Assembly: GCA_948805675.1 (NCBI GenBank)
Contig: CAQIBN010000003.1
Location: 16,527 to 80,526 of the forward strand
Source of the DNA: an uncultured Clostridia bacterium
GTDB lineage: Bacteria; Bacillota; Clostridia; TANB77; CAG-508
Length of the DNA: 64,000 nt
Reading direction: 5' to 3'
Shown here piece by piece: positions 10,742-20,278 of the stretch; position 1 is the first letter of the stretch, and each line of letters begins with the position of its first letter. The position numbers were made by a program, and so were the translations under genes. Below the pieces are notes generated by a model that saw only the letters and a list, made by a program, of their open reading frames with translations, did no database searches and was not told where the DNA came from.

Positions 10742-11305
10742 TTGAAAAGTAAAATTATAATAGTTTTAATTGTTATTAGTATTATATCTCTATTATCTGG
10801 TATGAGTGTTTTTTTATTAAATAAACCAATACAGGAAACAAAGTCGGGCGATTATGATGAAATATCTAATAAAGTAGAAAGTATACAAAATACAGATAAT
10901 ATTGAAAATTCAGATTTTATGGAACTATGGGACTCTAATGTTATAGGAACATTAGAAATACCTAGTATAAATTTGCAATTAAGTATTGCAGAAGGCATTG
11001 AAAATGATGTGATTGGCAAATATGTAGGTCATTTCCCTAGTACAGCATTAATTAATGGAAATGTTGGACTTGCAGGGCATAACACACAAGAGTTTTTTGC
11101 AAACTTAAAGAAATTAAAGAAAGGAGATGAGATAGTTTACAATTTTATTTTAGGTACAAAAGTTTATACAGTTGATACTATTGTTGAAATACAAGAAGAA
11201 GACTGGAGTTATTTAGAAGATACAGAAGATAATAGGATAACAATGATTACATGTATATCAAATAAAAAAGATAAGAGATTATGCATTCAAGCAATAGAGA
11301 AATAA
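10742..11305 (+). CDS. Sortase (class B-like transpeptidase).
   Basis: N-terminal TM. Catalytic His in 'LAGH'. 'ITMITC' (TLxTC motif) with the catalytic Cys. GGAGG RBS. Confidence 0.75.
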   Translation: MKSKIIIVLIVISIISLLSGMSVFLLNKPIQETKSGDYDEISNKVESIQNTDNIENSDFMELWDSNVIGTLEIPSINLQLSIAEGIENDVIGKYVGHFPSTALINGNVGLAGHNTQEFFANLKKLKKGDEIVYNFILGTKVYTVDTIVEIQEEDWSYLEDTEDNRITMITCISNKKDKRLCIQAIEK

Positions 11306-11382
11306 TTAAATATATTCCAATATATAAAAAATTAAAGATATACAGAAAATTAGCTTAACTGTTATATTTTAAAGGAGGATTT

Positions 11383-14300
11383 ATGAAAAAGAAAATAAGT
11401 AAAATTATAGTAATAATGTGTGTATTAATAACTATTTTACCAATGCAAATGTTTCAAGCATTAGCTACAGGAATAGGAGATTCACCATATTTAGAAAGAG
11501 GAGATTTAGGGTTTTACACTATACAATATCAAAGTAAAACTTCAGGGAACTGGTATTATATAACTTATAGTAGAACTTGGTACACAGATGAACAGGGGAT
11601 TAGAAGAATTGCTTACTGTGTTGATCCAGATTTAAATGGAATTGGCTGGGTAGAAGGAGAAGTAAGCGGATATCATGTAGATTTAAATGAGGCTTTATCA
11701 GATAATAGAGTGTGGAGAGTGTATAGACATGGATATCCATATGTAAGTGCTAGTGATTTAGGAGTAGAAACAGAAGACGATGCTTATTTAGCTACAAAAC
11801 AAGCAGCATATTGGATTATCAGAGGATATAGCTTAGAAGATATTCATACATACTTTAGACCTGGAGAAACATCAATTAATGGACAAAACCTAGAAGATAT
11901 ACAAAGAAGAGGTAAAAAGGTAATTGACGCAATTTATCATTTAGTAAATTTAGGATATAACGGAACAGAAACTCAAGCATATAATGGTCTAATTAAAGTA
12001 AATAAAAATGGAGAATTTACTCAAGATAATAATCAAGAATATTATTCACAAAAATATTCTGTTACATCATCTACATCAATGTCTGGATATACAGTAAAAA
12101 ATATTATTGATTTTCCATCAGGTAGCTATGTTGCAGACTTAAATGGAAATGAAAAGACAACATTTTCATCAGGAGAGAAATTCAAAGTAATGATTCCTAA
12201 AAAATCTATTAATGAAAATATTTCAGGAAAAATAGAAATAGAAGGTAAATGCCAAAATTATCCTGTATACTATGGAAAATCTAGAGATAACAATACTCAA
12301 AGTTATGCAGTAACTGTAGATTCATATTCTAATATAATAGAAACTACAAATTTAGATATAGATTCATATAAATCAAATATAAAATTGACAAAAATAGATA
12401 AAGAAACAAAGGAAAAATTATCGGGAGTAAAATTTAATTTTAAATATGAAAATGGCAGTAATATAGGAGATTATACTACAGATAAAAAAGGAGAAATATA
12501 TATTAAAAACTTAAAACAAGGAACTGTAATTGCTACAGAAGTTGAAACAAAAAATGAATATATTTTAGATAAAAAAGAAAATAAGATAAATTTACAATAC
12601 AATGATACTACAGAAGTAACAATAGAAAATGAACATAAAAAAGGTAACCTAAAAGTTTTAAAAGTAGATAAGGATAATAACAATACAACTTTAGAAAATG
12701 TAGAATTTGATTTATATTCAGAGGAATTTAAAAAAGTAATTGGAACATATCATACTGACAAAAACGGCGAAATATATGTAGAAAACTTGAGAACAGGTAG
12801 TTATAAATTAATTGAGAAAAATACAAATAAATGGTACAATCTTAACTTAGAACCTACAAATGCTAAAGTAGAATTCAATAATACAACAAATACAAAAATA
12901 GAAAATGAATTAAAAAAGGGACAAATCAAAGTAATAAAGATAGATTTAGACAATAAAGAAGTAAAATTAAAAGATGTGGAATTTCAAGTAATAGATAAAA
13001 ATGGAAATGTATTAGAAACTATAAAAACAGATGAAAACGGAGAAGCTACAACAAAGAAATATGCAATAAGAGATTATGGAAAATTAACACTAAAAGAAAC
13101 AAAAACAGGAAAATTTTATGTATTAAATGATAAGCCACAAACAATCACTTTAAAAGAGAATGAAATAACAAATATTACATTTACAAACGAGAAGAAGAAA
13201 GGACAAATCAAAGTAATTAAAGTAGATTTAGATAATAAAGAAGTAAAAATACCAGATGTAGAATTTAAAGTGTATGACGAAAATGATAATGTTGTTGATA
13301 CATTAAAGACAGATAAAAACGGAGAGGCTACAAGTAGAAAATTACCAATAGACCAAAAATATAAAGTTCAAGAAAGTAAAACAGGAAAGTGGTATGTATT
13401 AAATGAAGAACCACAAACAGCAGTATTAAAACAAGATGAAATTACAACATTAACATTTACAAATGAAAAGAAAAAGGGGCAAATTAGAGTAATAAAGGTT
13501 GATTTAGACGATAAAGAAGTAAAACTAAAAGATGTAGAATTCAAAGTATATGATAAAAATAGAAATGTAGTTGATACATTAAAAACAGATAAAAACGGAG
13601 AGGCTACAACAAAGAGATTGCCAATAGACCAAGAATATACAATACAAGAAAGTAAGACATTACAAAATTATGTATTAAATGAAGAAAAACAAACAGTTAC
13701 ATTAACACAAGACAAAATCACAAATATCACTTTTGAAAATGAAAAAATCAAAGGTAAAATAGAAATAACAAAAATAAGTGAAGATGACAATAAATATAAT
13801 GGCTTACCAGCAGGAACTCCTTTAGAGGGAGCAGTATTTGATATTTATGACAGCAAAAATAATATAGTAGATACAATAACAACAGGAAAAGACGGAAAAG
13901 CAATAACAAAGTTACTTGTTAAAGGCAATTATATTGCAAAAGAAAAGGATAGTGGTAGCATTTATTATTTATTAAATGAAAATGAATACAAAGCAGAAAT
14001 AAAAGAACATAAAGGAATTGCACCATTAACAATAACAAATAAGAGTGTTGAAATATCTGTAAGTGTAGAAAAAACAGGATATATTGAAACACAAAAGAAT
14101 GATACAATTAAATATGATTTTTCTAATATTGCAAATACATCAAATATTTATTTAGATAGTTTTAAATGGAGAGATTATCTACCAACAGATTATATTAGAT
14201 TAACTGAAATAGTAACAGGAACATGGAGCCAAAATGTAACATATTCAATCACATATAAAACTAACTTAAATAATGAAGAAAGAGTATTATCTGAAAATTT

Positions 14301-14595
14301 AAACTCAAAAGAAAATTATAAAATTGATTGCACAAATGTTGATTTACAAGATGGAGAATATATTACTGATTACTGTTTTAATTTTGGTAAAGTTGATATA
14401 GGATTCAAAGAAGAAATTGAGCCATCTATATTCTGTAATGTATTAGATACTGTAAAAAATAAAGATATATTCACAAATAAAACAGAAACAACAGGAGAAC
14501 ATGAAGGTTTAACAGCTAAAGATGAAGATGAGTGGACAACAGTTGTATATGAGAAGGATGTTCATGCAAGGAAACTACCAAGGACAGGCAAATAA
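11383..14595 (+). CDS. Large surface adhesin: signal peptide, thioester domain (TED), five or more CnaB-type repeats, then C-terminal LPRTG.
   Basis: Thioester Cys motif 'IAYCVDPD' and Gln motif 'ATKQAAYWII'. Repeated 'KGQIKVIKVDLDNKEVK...DTLKTDKNGEATT' modules of about 90 aa. Ends '...KLPRTGK*' with no hydrophobic tail. Confidence 0.75.
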   Translation: MKKKISKIIVIMCVLITILPMQMFQALATGIGDSPYLERGDLGFYTIQYQSKTSGNWYYITYSRTWYTDEQGIRRIAYCVDPDLNGIGWVEGEVSGYHVDLNEALSDNRVWRVYRHGYPYVSASDLGVETEDDAYLATKQAAYWIIRGYSLEDIHTYFRPGETSINGQNLEDIQRRGKKVIDAIYHLVNLGYNGTETQAYNGLIKVNKNGEFTQDNNQEYYSQKYSVTSSTSMSGYTVKNIIDFPSGSYVADLNGNEKTTFSSGEKFKVMIPKKSINENISGKIEIEGKCQNYPVYYGKSRDNNTQSYAVTVDSYSNIIETTNLDIDSYKSNIKLTKIDKETKEKLSGVKFNFKYENGSNIGDYTTDKKGEIYIKNLKQGTVIATEVETKNEYILDKKENKINLQYNDTTEVTIENEHKKGNLKVLKVDKDNNNTTLENVEFDLYSEEFKKVIGTYHTDKNGEIYVENLRTGSYKLIEKNTNKWYNLNLEPTNAKVEFNNTTNTKIENELKKGQIKVIKIDLDNKEVKLKDVEFQVIDKNGNVLETIKTDENGEATTKKYAIRDYGKLTLKETKTGKFYVLNDKPQTITLKENEITNITFTNEKKKGQIKVIKVDLDNKEVKIPDVEFKVYDENDNVVDTLKTDKNGEATSRKLPIDQKYKVQESKTGKWYVLNEEPQTAVLKQDEITTLTFTNEKKKGQIRVIKVDLDDKEVKLKDVEFKVYDKNRNVVDTLKTDKNGEATTKRLPIDQEYTIQESKTLQNYVLNEEKQTVTLTQDKITNITFENEKIKGKIEITKISEDDNKYNGLPAGTPLEGAVFDIYDSKNNIVDTITTGKDGKAITKLLVKGNYIAKEKDSGSIYYLLNENEYKAEIKEHKGIAPLTITNKSVEISVSVEKTGYIETQKNDTIKYDFSNIANTSNIYLDSFKWRDYLPTDYIRLTEIVTGTWSQNVTYSITYKTNLNNEERVLSENLNSKENYKIDCTNVDLQDGEYITDYCFNFGKVDIGFKEEIEPSIFCNVLDTVKNKDIFTNKTETTGEHEGLTAKDEDEWTTVVYEKDVHARKLPRTGK

Positions 14596-14660
14596 ATTCC
14601 AGGGAGTATGACTTTTAGGAGTTATACTCTCAATTTTTGTGTTTGGGAGGGGATAAGAAA

Positions 14661-16069
14661 ATGCAGAATTCTATTGAAAGTGAAAAAATACAAGATAATA
14701 AGAAGGAGTGTGAATGTGAGAATCTGCATAATATAAGGTTACTTAGTTTGTTTAGTCGGTATTCGGTGCATTTGAAAAAGCATTAGAAAGATTGAATATA
14801 AATTATGAACTTGTTGGATTTTCAGAGATAGATAAATTTGCAATACAAAGTTATTGTGCAATACATAATGTAAGTAAAGAATTAAATCTTGGTGACATAA
14901 GAAAAGTAAATGAAAAGGATATTCCAGATTTTGATTTAATGACTTGGGGATTTCCTTGTCAAGATATTAGTATTGCTCGGGAAATTAAAAGGAATTGGAA
15001 AAAATGAAACTAGGAGTGGACTATACTATGAAGGATATAGAATATTAAAAGAAAAAAAGCCAGCGATTAGTATAATTGAAAATGTAAAAAATCTTACAAG
15101 TAAAAGGTTTAAGAAAGAATTTGAAATGATATTAATAGATATTAAAAGATTGGGCTATAATAATTATTGCAAAATACTAAACGCAAAAGATTATCGGTAT
15201 ACCACAAAATAGAGAACGTGTTTTTATTGTATCTATAAGACAAGATATTGATAAAAACACGTTTAGTTTTCCACAGAAAGAGCAATTGTTGTGGAAACTT
15301 AAGGATTTTTTGGAAGAAAATGTAGATAATAAATACTATTTAACTGAAAAGGCTATTGGTAGATTGATAAAAAGAAATAATAAAATTATTAGAGAAGTGA
15401 AAAATCCAAAAGTAAGTGCTTGTATAGTTGCTAATTACAATAAGATGGATGGTAGAAATAATCAATATATAGCTGATGATAATGCTATTGTACATAGAAT
15501 AGGTGGAATATACGATAATGATAATGGAACACATCAAGCAGGAAGTATCTACAATCCAAATGGAATATCTCCAACACTTGTAGATATGTCACATGGTGGA
15601 TTAAAACAACCAATGATTTTAGTAAATGAAGGAACTTTAAAAGGCTATTCAGAGGCAACAGTTGGAGATTCTATCAATATATCTTATCCTAGTAATACAA
15701 GCAAAAGAGGTAGAGTTGGAAAAGAATTAGCACAGACAATAATGACTGTACCGAATATTGCAACACTAGAGTTATTAAACTCTAATAATCAAATATTAGA
15801 TATAGAACCAACAAAAATGGATAATTACAATGATATAGAGTTAAATAATACAGTATTTATTTCTGACGATAATAAATATTTTTTTAGAATAAGAAAGTTA
15901 ACACCTTTGGAATGCTTTAGGTTAATGGGATTTGATGATGTTGATTTTTATAAAGCAAAGTCAATAGGAATTTCTGATACACAATTATATAGGCAGGCTC
16001 GGAAATAGTATTGTTGTTAATGTATTAGAGAAGATATTATGCAATATCTTCTCTAAAATTAATTTGTAG
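14661..16069 (+). CDS. DNA (cytosine-5) methyltransferase. No restriction-enzyme partner is visible in the window. Interrupted at five in-frame CGG codons: 14757, 14764, 14978, 15195, 16000.
   Basis: After skipping C at each CGG: motif I 'LFSGIGAFE', motif IV 'GFPCQDIS', 'ENVKNL', motif VIII 'YGIPQNRERVFIV', motif X 'GNSIVVNV'. Track fragments: 14792..15007, 14973..15212, 15286..16008. Confidence 0.75.
16024..16057 (+). terminator. Hairpin (14-bp perfect stem) at the 3' end of the methyltransferase gene.
   Basis: 'TTAGAGAAGATATTatgcaATATCTTCTCTAA'. Confidence 0.5.
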
Positions 16070-16188
16070 AGAAATTTTATAAATCTATTCTATCTAATTG
16101 TATAAAAAATAATATATCATATAATTTTAACAATTAAAGTCTTCAAAAAAATAAAGAAGGCTTGCGAAAAACTTTCTTTATTTTTTTA

Positions 16189-16578
16189 TTATATACCTTT
16201 TCTTTTTTTCATTATACTATTCAAATTAGGATAAGTTGCTATTATTAAATCCTTTAAAACTGCTAATTCTTCCTCATCACATCTATCAATTATATTTAAT
16301 AGTATTTCTTTATTACTATATTCATCATTATTATTCATATTCTTTTCATCTCCATATAATAAAGAATCTGAGGTCTTTTTTAAAGCTTTAGATATTTGAT
16401 ATAATGTATGAATACTACAACTTGTATTACCTATTTCTAATTCAGATACATAATTTTCAGAACGATTAATCATTTCAGCAAACTTTTCTTTAGTAAGCCC
16501 TATTTGTTTTCTACCGATTTTAGTTCTATTTCCAAAACCCTTCCAATCTTGATATTCATATCTATTTACTCTACTCAT
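16189..16578 (-). CDS. XRE-family HTH transcriptional regulator.
   Basis: HTH_3 motif 'LTKEKFAEMINRSENYVSELEIGN'. Confidence 0.65.
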   Translation of the reverse strand: MSRVNRYEYQDWKGFGNRTKIGRKQIGLTKEKFAEMINRSENYVSELEIGNTSCSIHTLYQISKALKKTSDSLLYGDEKNMNNNDEYSNKEILLNIIDRCDEEELAVLKDLIIATYPNLNSIMKKRKGI

Positions 16579-16763
16579 AATAATAGTTCACCCACCACTA
16601 GCATTTTATATATATTTTTTTACTAGTATTATCTCATTTATGTTTATATGATGTTACCAACTACTATTTATTTATATAATTTTTACTACTTGATTAAAGG
16701 GTAAATAAAAAAGGCAAATTTGTTGTATATTTTATTACCTAGCTAAATCTTTTAATTTAAATT

Positions 16764-17183
16764 TCATAGTTGTTTTATTTTATCTATTATTATTTGAGTA
16801 TTCTTTATTATATCCAATCGTATTCTTAGTAATTCTTTAATAATTACACTATAGTCCAAAATTGGTTTAATTATATATCCGCCAATTTGTAGCTGTTGAT
16901 TCAGAATATCATTTCTATTATCTGCTGAAATAACTAAAAACTGAGGACTATTTCCTTGTGCAACATAATATTTTATAATTTCTAAGCCTGTATATTTGTG
17001 ATTTCGTATAAGGTCTGTAATAACAATATCAGGTTTTAATTTCTGTATCATTTTAATTTCTTCTTCATCTGTATATGCAGCTCCCAATACTTCTATTTCT
17101 TCATATGTTTCTAAATAGACTTTCATAGTATCACAAAAGACTATATTATCATCTGCAATAATAACTTTTATTTTCTCTTTCAT
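16764..17183 (-). CDS. Stand-alone response-regulator receiver domain (CheY/Spo0F-like).
   Basis: 'KVIIADDN', a phospho-acceptor Asp in 'DIVITDL', and a conserved Lys region. 139 aa with no output domain. Confidence 0.6.
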   Translation of the reverse strand: MKEKIKVIIADDNIVFCDTMKVYLETYEEIEVLGAAYTDEEEIKMIQKLKPDIVITDLIRNHKYTGLEIIKYYVAQGNSPQFLVISADNRNDILNQQLQIGGYIIKPILDYSVIIKELLRIRLDIIKNTQIIIDKIKQL

Positions 17184-17779
17184 TTATAGTCTCCACCTTT
17201 TTGTATTTTGTAATTATTACTACATGCTTAGTTTAAGAAAGATAGTATTGTACAATTTATTATAATATAGTTATTATTGAAATATATTTAATATGTTGTA
17301 TAAAACTTATTTTATATTAATTGTAAATAAATATATATTTATAATTGTACTTTTTTCCCTCCCTTACTTTTTTATCAATCAATATAAAATTCCTGAACAT
17401 TTTCTACAAAAATTTTGATTTGTGTGCTAATGTATATTTATTCTTACTCTTATAAAAATTTATAGTTATATTGTACTTATAATTTCTATAAGTTATTTTT
17501 CATATTTCATAAATATTTTAATGTATATTTCGAATAATTCTTTTATTGGTTATTATACTTTGTAATTATACTAACTATCCCACTAATAACAATAATTATA
17601 TCAGTACATCATTGAATAATTTGTCGAAGTTTGTCTTTTAAAAGAAAAAACTTCACAATTAGCAACTATTTATTTTTTAATAATTATCTCTGCAAAAATA
17701 AAGATTTTCTACAATTCTTCACATTTAGCAAGTATAATGAAAAGTTATCTTGCTATACTTTCTATTATAAAGAAAGGAA

Positions 17780-18022
17780 ATGAGAAGTATGACACTTTCA
17801 TATGCAGTTAGAAAAAGAATAAATAATTTATTAAAAGAAAATAACCTAAATATATGGAAATTGTATAAATTAACAGGTGTTTCAGCTTCTACTCTGTCAT
17901 ATTTTATGAGTGGAAAAAGAGAACTTATAAATTTAAAGACTTTATTACATGTTTGTGAGGGATTTAACATAGGACTTAAAGAGTTTTTTGATGATCCTTT
18001 ATTTAATATAGAACAGGATTGA
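17780..18022 (+). CDS. Small XRE-family HTH protein.
   Basis: 'LYKLTGVSASTLSYFMSGKR' HTH. 80 aa. Confidence 0.55.
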   Translation: MRSMTLSYAVRKRINNLLKENNLNIWKLYKLTGVSASTLSYFMSGKRELINLKTLLHVCEGFNIGLKEFFDDPLFNIEQD

Positions 18023-18138
18023 CCAAAAATTAAATTTAGAAATTAATGTGTATATGTAAATAATAATGCATGATATTTTTAATTATTAAAATAACACTTA
18101 ATATTTAGTATTAAGTGTAAAAACAATTTAAATAAAAT

Positions 18139-18209
18139 CTAATAATTATATAATAAAAAAGTATTCAAATACGTTGAGTTTGAATACTTTTTTATTATAT
18201 AATTATTAG
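18139..18209. repeat. Perfect 31-bp inverted repeat with a 9-nt loop.
   Basis: 'CTAATAATTATATAATAAAAAAGTATTCAAA' at 18139..18169 is the exact reverse complement of 18179..18209. Confidence 0.9.
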
Positions 18210-18445
18210 ATAAAAGCTATAAGGTTAGATAAATTTGTTTAAATTAAAATATTAGGAGTATATAAAAAATATTTGAATGTTTTAACTGCATGAATTTTTC
18301 TTATCATAGTTATATATTAAAATGACTAGTATAGACAATGACTTTTTCTGTAAAAAATGAAAAAATTTTTGATAAATGAAACTTTTTCTTATGAAAAAAA
18401 CATCTTATAAATATATCAAGTTTGCAAACAAGATTGGAGGAAAGA

Positions 18446-18980
18446 ATGGAGGAATTAGTAAAAAAGGCTCAGATTCGGAGATAAAGAGGCTTTTACTAAT
18501 CTTATATTATTATTCAAAAATGATTTATATAAGATTGCAAAAGCAAGACTAAAAAATGATGATGATGTATATGATGTAATACAAGAAACAATGATAATAG
18601 CATTTAAATCTATAAGAAAATTAAAGGAACCATCATGTTTTAAAGCATGGATAATAAAAATTTTAATTAATAAAAGTAATGGTATTTACCGTTATAAAAG
18701 TAAAGGAAATATTGTATCATTAGATGAAATTGAAAACTATAAAATAGTGGATTATTCTAATATAGATAATATCGAAGTATCATTAGATTTTGATTTTATT
18801 TGTAATAATTTAAAATATGAAGATAGAACAATAATTATACTATACTATATGGAGAAATTTACTGATAAAGAAATAGGAGAAATATTAAGTATAAAAGAGA
18901 ATACAGTAAAAACAAAAAGAGTAAGAGCAAAACAAAAAATAAAAAATATAATGACGAAAGGAGAGAAAATGTATGGATGA
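18446..18980 (+). CDS. ECF-type sigma-70 family factor. One in-frame CGG shift at 18476.
   Basis: ATG at 18446 gives 'MEELVKKAQI'. The CGG is skipped to continue 'GDKEAFTNLILLFKNDLYKIAKARL...DVIQETMIIAFKSI...' (region 2), then region 4 'KFTDKEIGEILSIKENTVKTKRVRA'. The track shows only the 3' part, 18591..18980. Confidence 0.6.
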
Positions 18981-20115
18981 ACTAGATAAAAAGTTATATC
19001 ATGATTTAAATTTAGAAATTGAAGTTCCAAGTGAATGCGAAATTATTATTAATGAAGCCTTGAATAAAAGCACTAAACGTTATTCATTGGCAAAATTAAT
19101 TACAACTGTCTGTGCAATGTTTTTGCTAACTGTTGGAATAGTATATGCAGGAACTAATATATACGATAAAATATGGACAACACCAGAAAAAGTGGTTGGC
19201 TTTTCTAGTGAAGAAAATACAATTACAGAGGAGCAACAAAAAAGTGTAATGACTGAAACAGAAGCAAGAGAAAGGTCAGAAGAAATATTAGAAAAATTTG
19301 GATATAAAGATGAAAAAATAAATTCAGTAGAGCTTAAAAATAATCAGGCTAATTATGAATTAACATGGTATATTAATACAGACAAAAAAACTAACATTTC
19401 TTTTAATGCAGAAAAAGGAGAAGATTTTAGTTTATCTATTGATACTATATTGTATGAAAACATACAAAAGTATAGGACGACAGAGGAGGAAGCAGAGAAA
19501 ACAGCGAGAGATTTATGTAAAAAGTATGGATATGACTTAAATGAATATAATTATACAAAGATGACTTCAAATATGAATTCAGAAGATGAATCATATATTT
19601 GGTATGTGCACTTTTATAAGAAGTATGATGGAATTGTAAATCCTGGTGAATATATTTATGTTAGTTTCATACCTGAAGTAAACAAAATATATCAGTTTTG
19701 TGTAAGTAATAAAAAATTTGAAAATAATCCAATTAAAATTACAGAAGAAGAAGCAAAAGGAATTGCTTTAAAAGAGGAACAAAAAATCACAACAAGATAT
19801 AATGTAAAGGATATTAATGTTGAATTAAATATTGTTCAAATGAATGGTGACGCATATTTAAGAATAAATGATTATGACCAATTACATGAACAGACTTCAG
19901 CCAATTATCCTTCAGAAAAGACAATAAATTATCGTACAGATAATAGAATTAGGAGGGCTTGGGTAGTTACAATAAACTATGATATACCAGTTTCATTAGA
20001 TAAATTTAATGGTTCTTACAATAAAAATGATGAGAAATTTAGCTATTACATAGATACAACTACTGGAGAGATAATAGGTGGAAGTAGTATTTATGAAGTG
20101 AATAGTAATAGATAA
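18973..20115 (+). CDS. Anti-sigma factor-like membrane protein with three extracellular PepSY-like repeats.
   Basis: Overlaps the sigma-factor stop codon, so likely co-transcribed. N-terminal cytoplasmic segment, one TM, then three repeats of 'EEAE..A...KYGY' PepSY-like modules. Confidence 0.5.
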   Translation: MDELDKKLYHDLNLEIEVPSECEIIINEALNKSTKRYSLAKLITTVCAMFLLTVGIVYAGTNIYDKIWTTPEKVVGFSSEENTITEEQQKSVMTETEARERSEEILEKFGYKDEKINSVELKNNQANYELTWYINTDKKTNISFNAEKGEDFSLSIDTILYENIQKYRTTEEEAEKTARDLCKKYGYDLNEYNYTKMTSNMNSEDESYIWYVHFYKKYDGIVNPGEYIYVSFIPEVNKIYQFCVSNKKFENNPIKITEEEAKGIALKEEQKITTRYNVKDINVELNIVQMNGDAYLRINDYDQLHEQTSANYPSEKTINYRTDNRIRRAWVVTINYDIPVSLDKFNGSYNKNDEKFSYYIDTTTGEIIGGSSIYEVNSNR

Positions 20116-20142
20116 TTAGTTGTTTAGATGATAAAATAAAAA

Positions 20143-20175
20143 AGATAAGGGTGTCAAAAAATATTGACACCCTTT
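20143..20175. terminator. Bidirectional terminator hairpin between convergent genes.
   Basis: 'AAGGGTGTCAAAAAATATTGACACCCTTTTT'. Confidence 0.6.
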
Positions 20176-20278
20176 TTCCAAGTAACCAAAATTACAGCCA
20201 CTTGGATGGAAAATAGAGGAGTAAGTTAATTGTTACGAATGATTCATCAAAACTAAAGCAACAAGGCTTCAGTAATTA

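Noticed and set aside
14585-14595. LPRTGK as a complete sortase sorting signal.
   Set aside because: No hydrophobic segment or charged tail follows in any frame. It is listed as a truncated signal, not a functional anchor.
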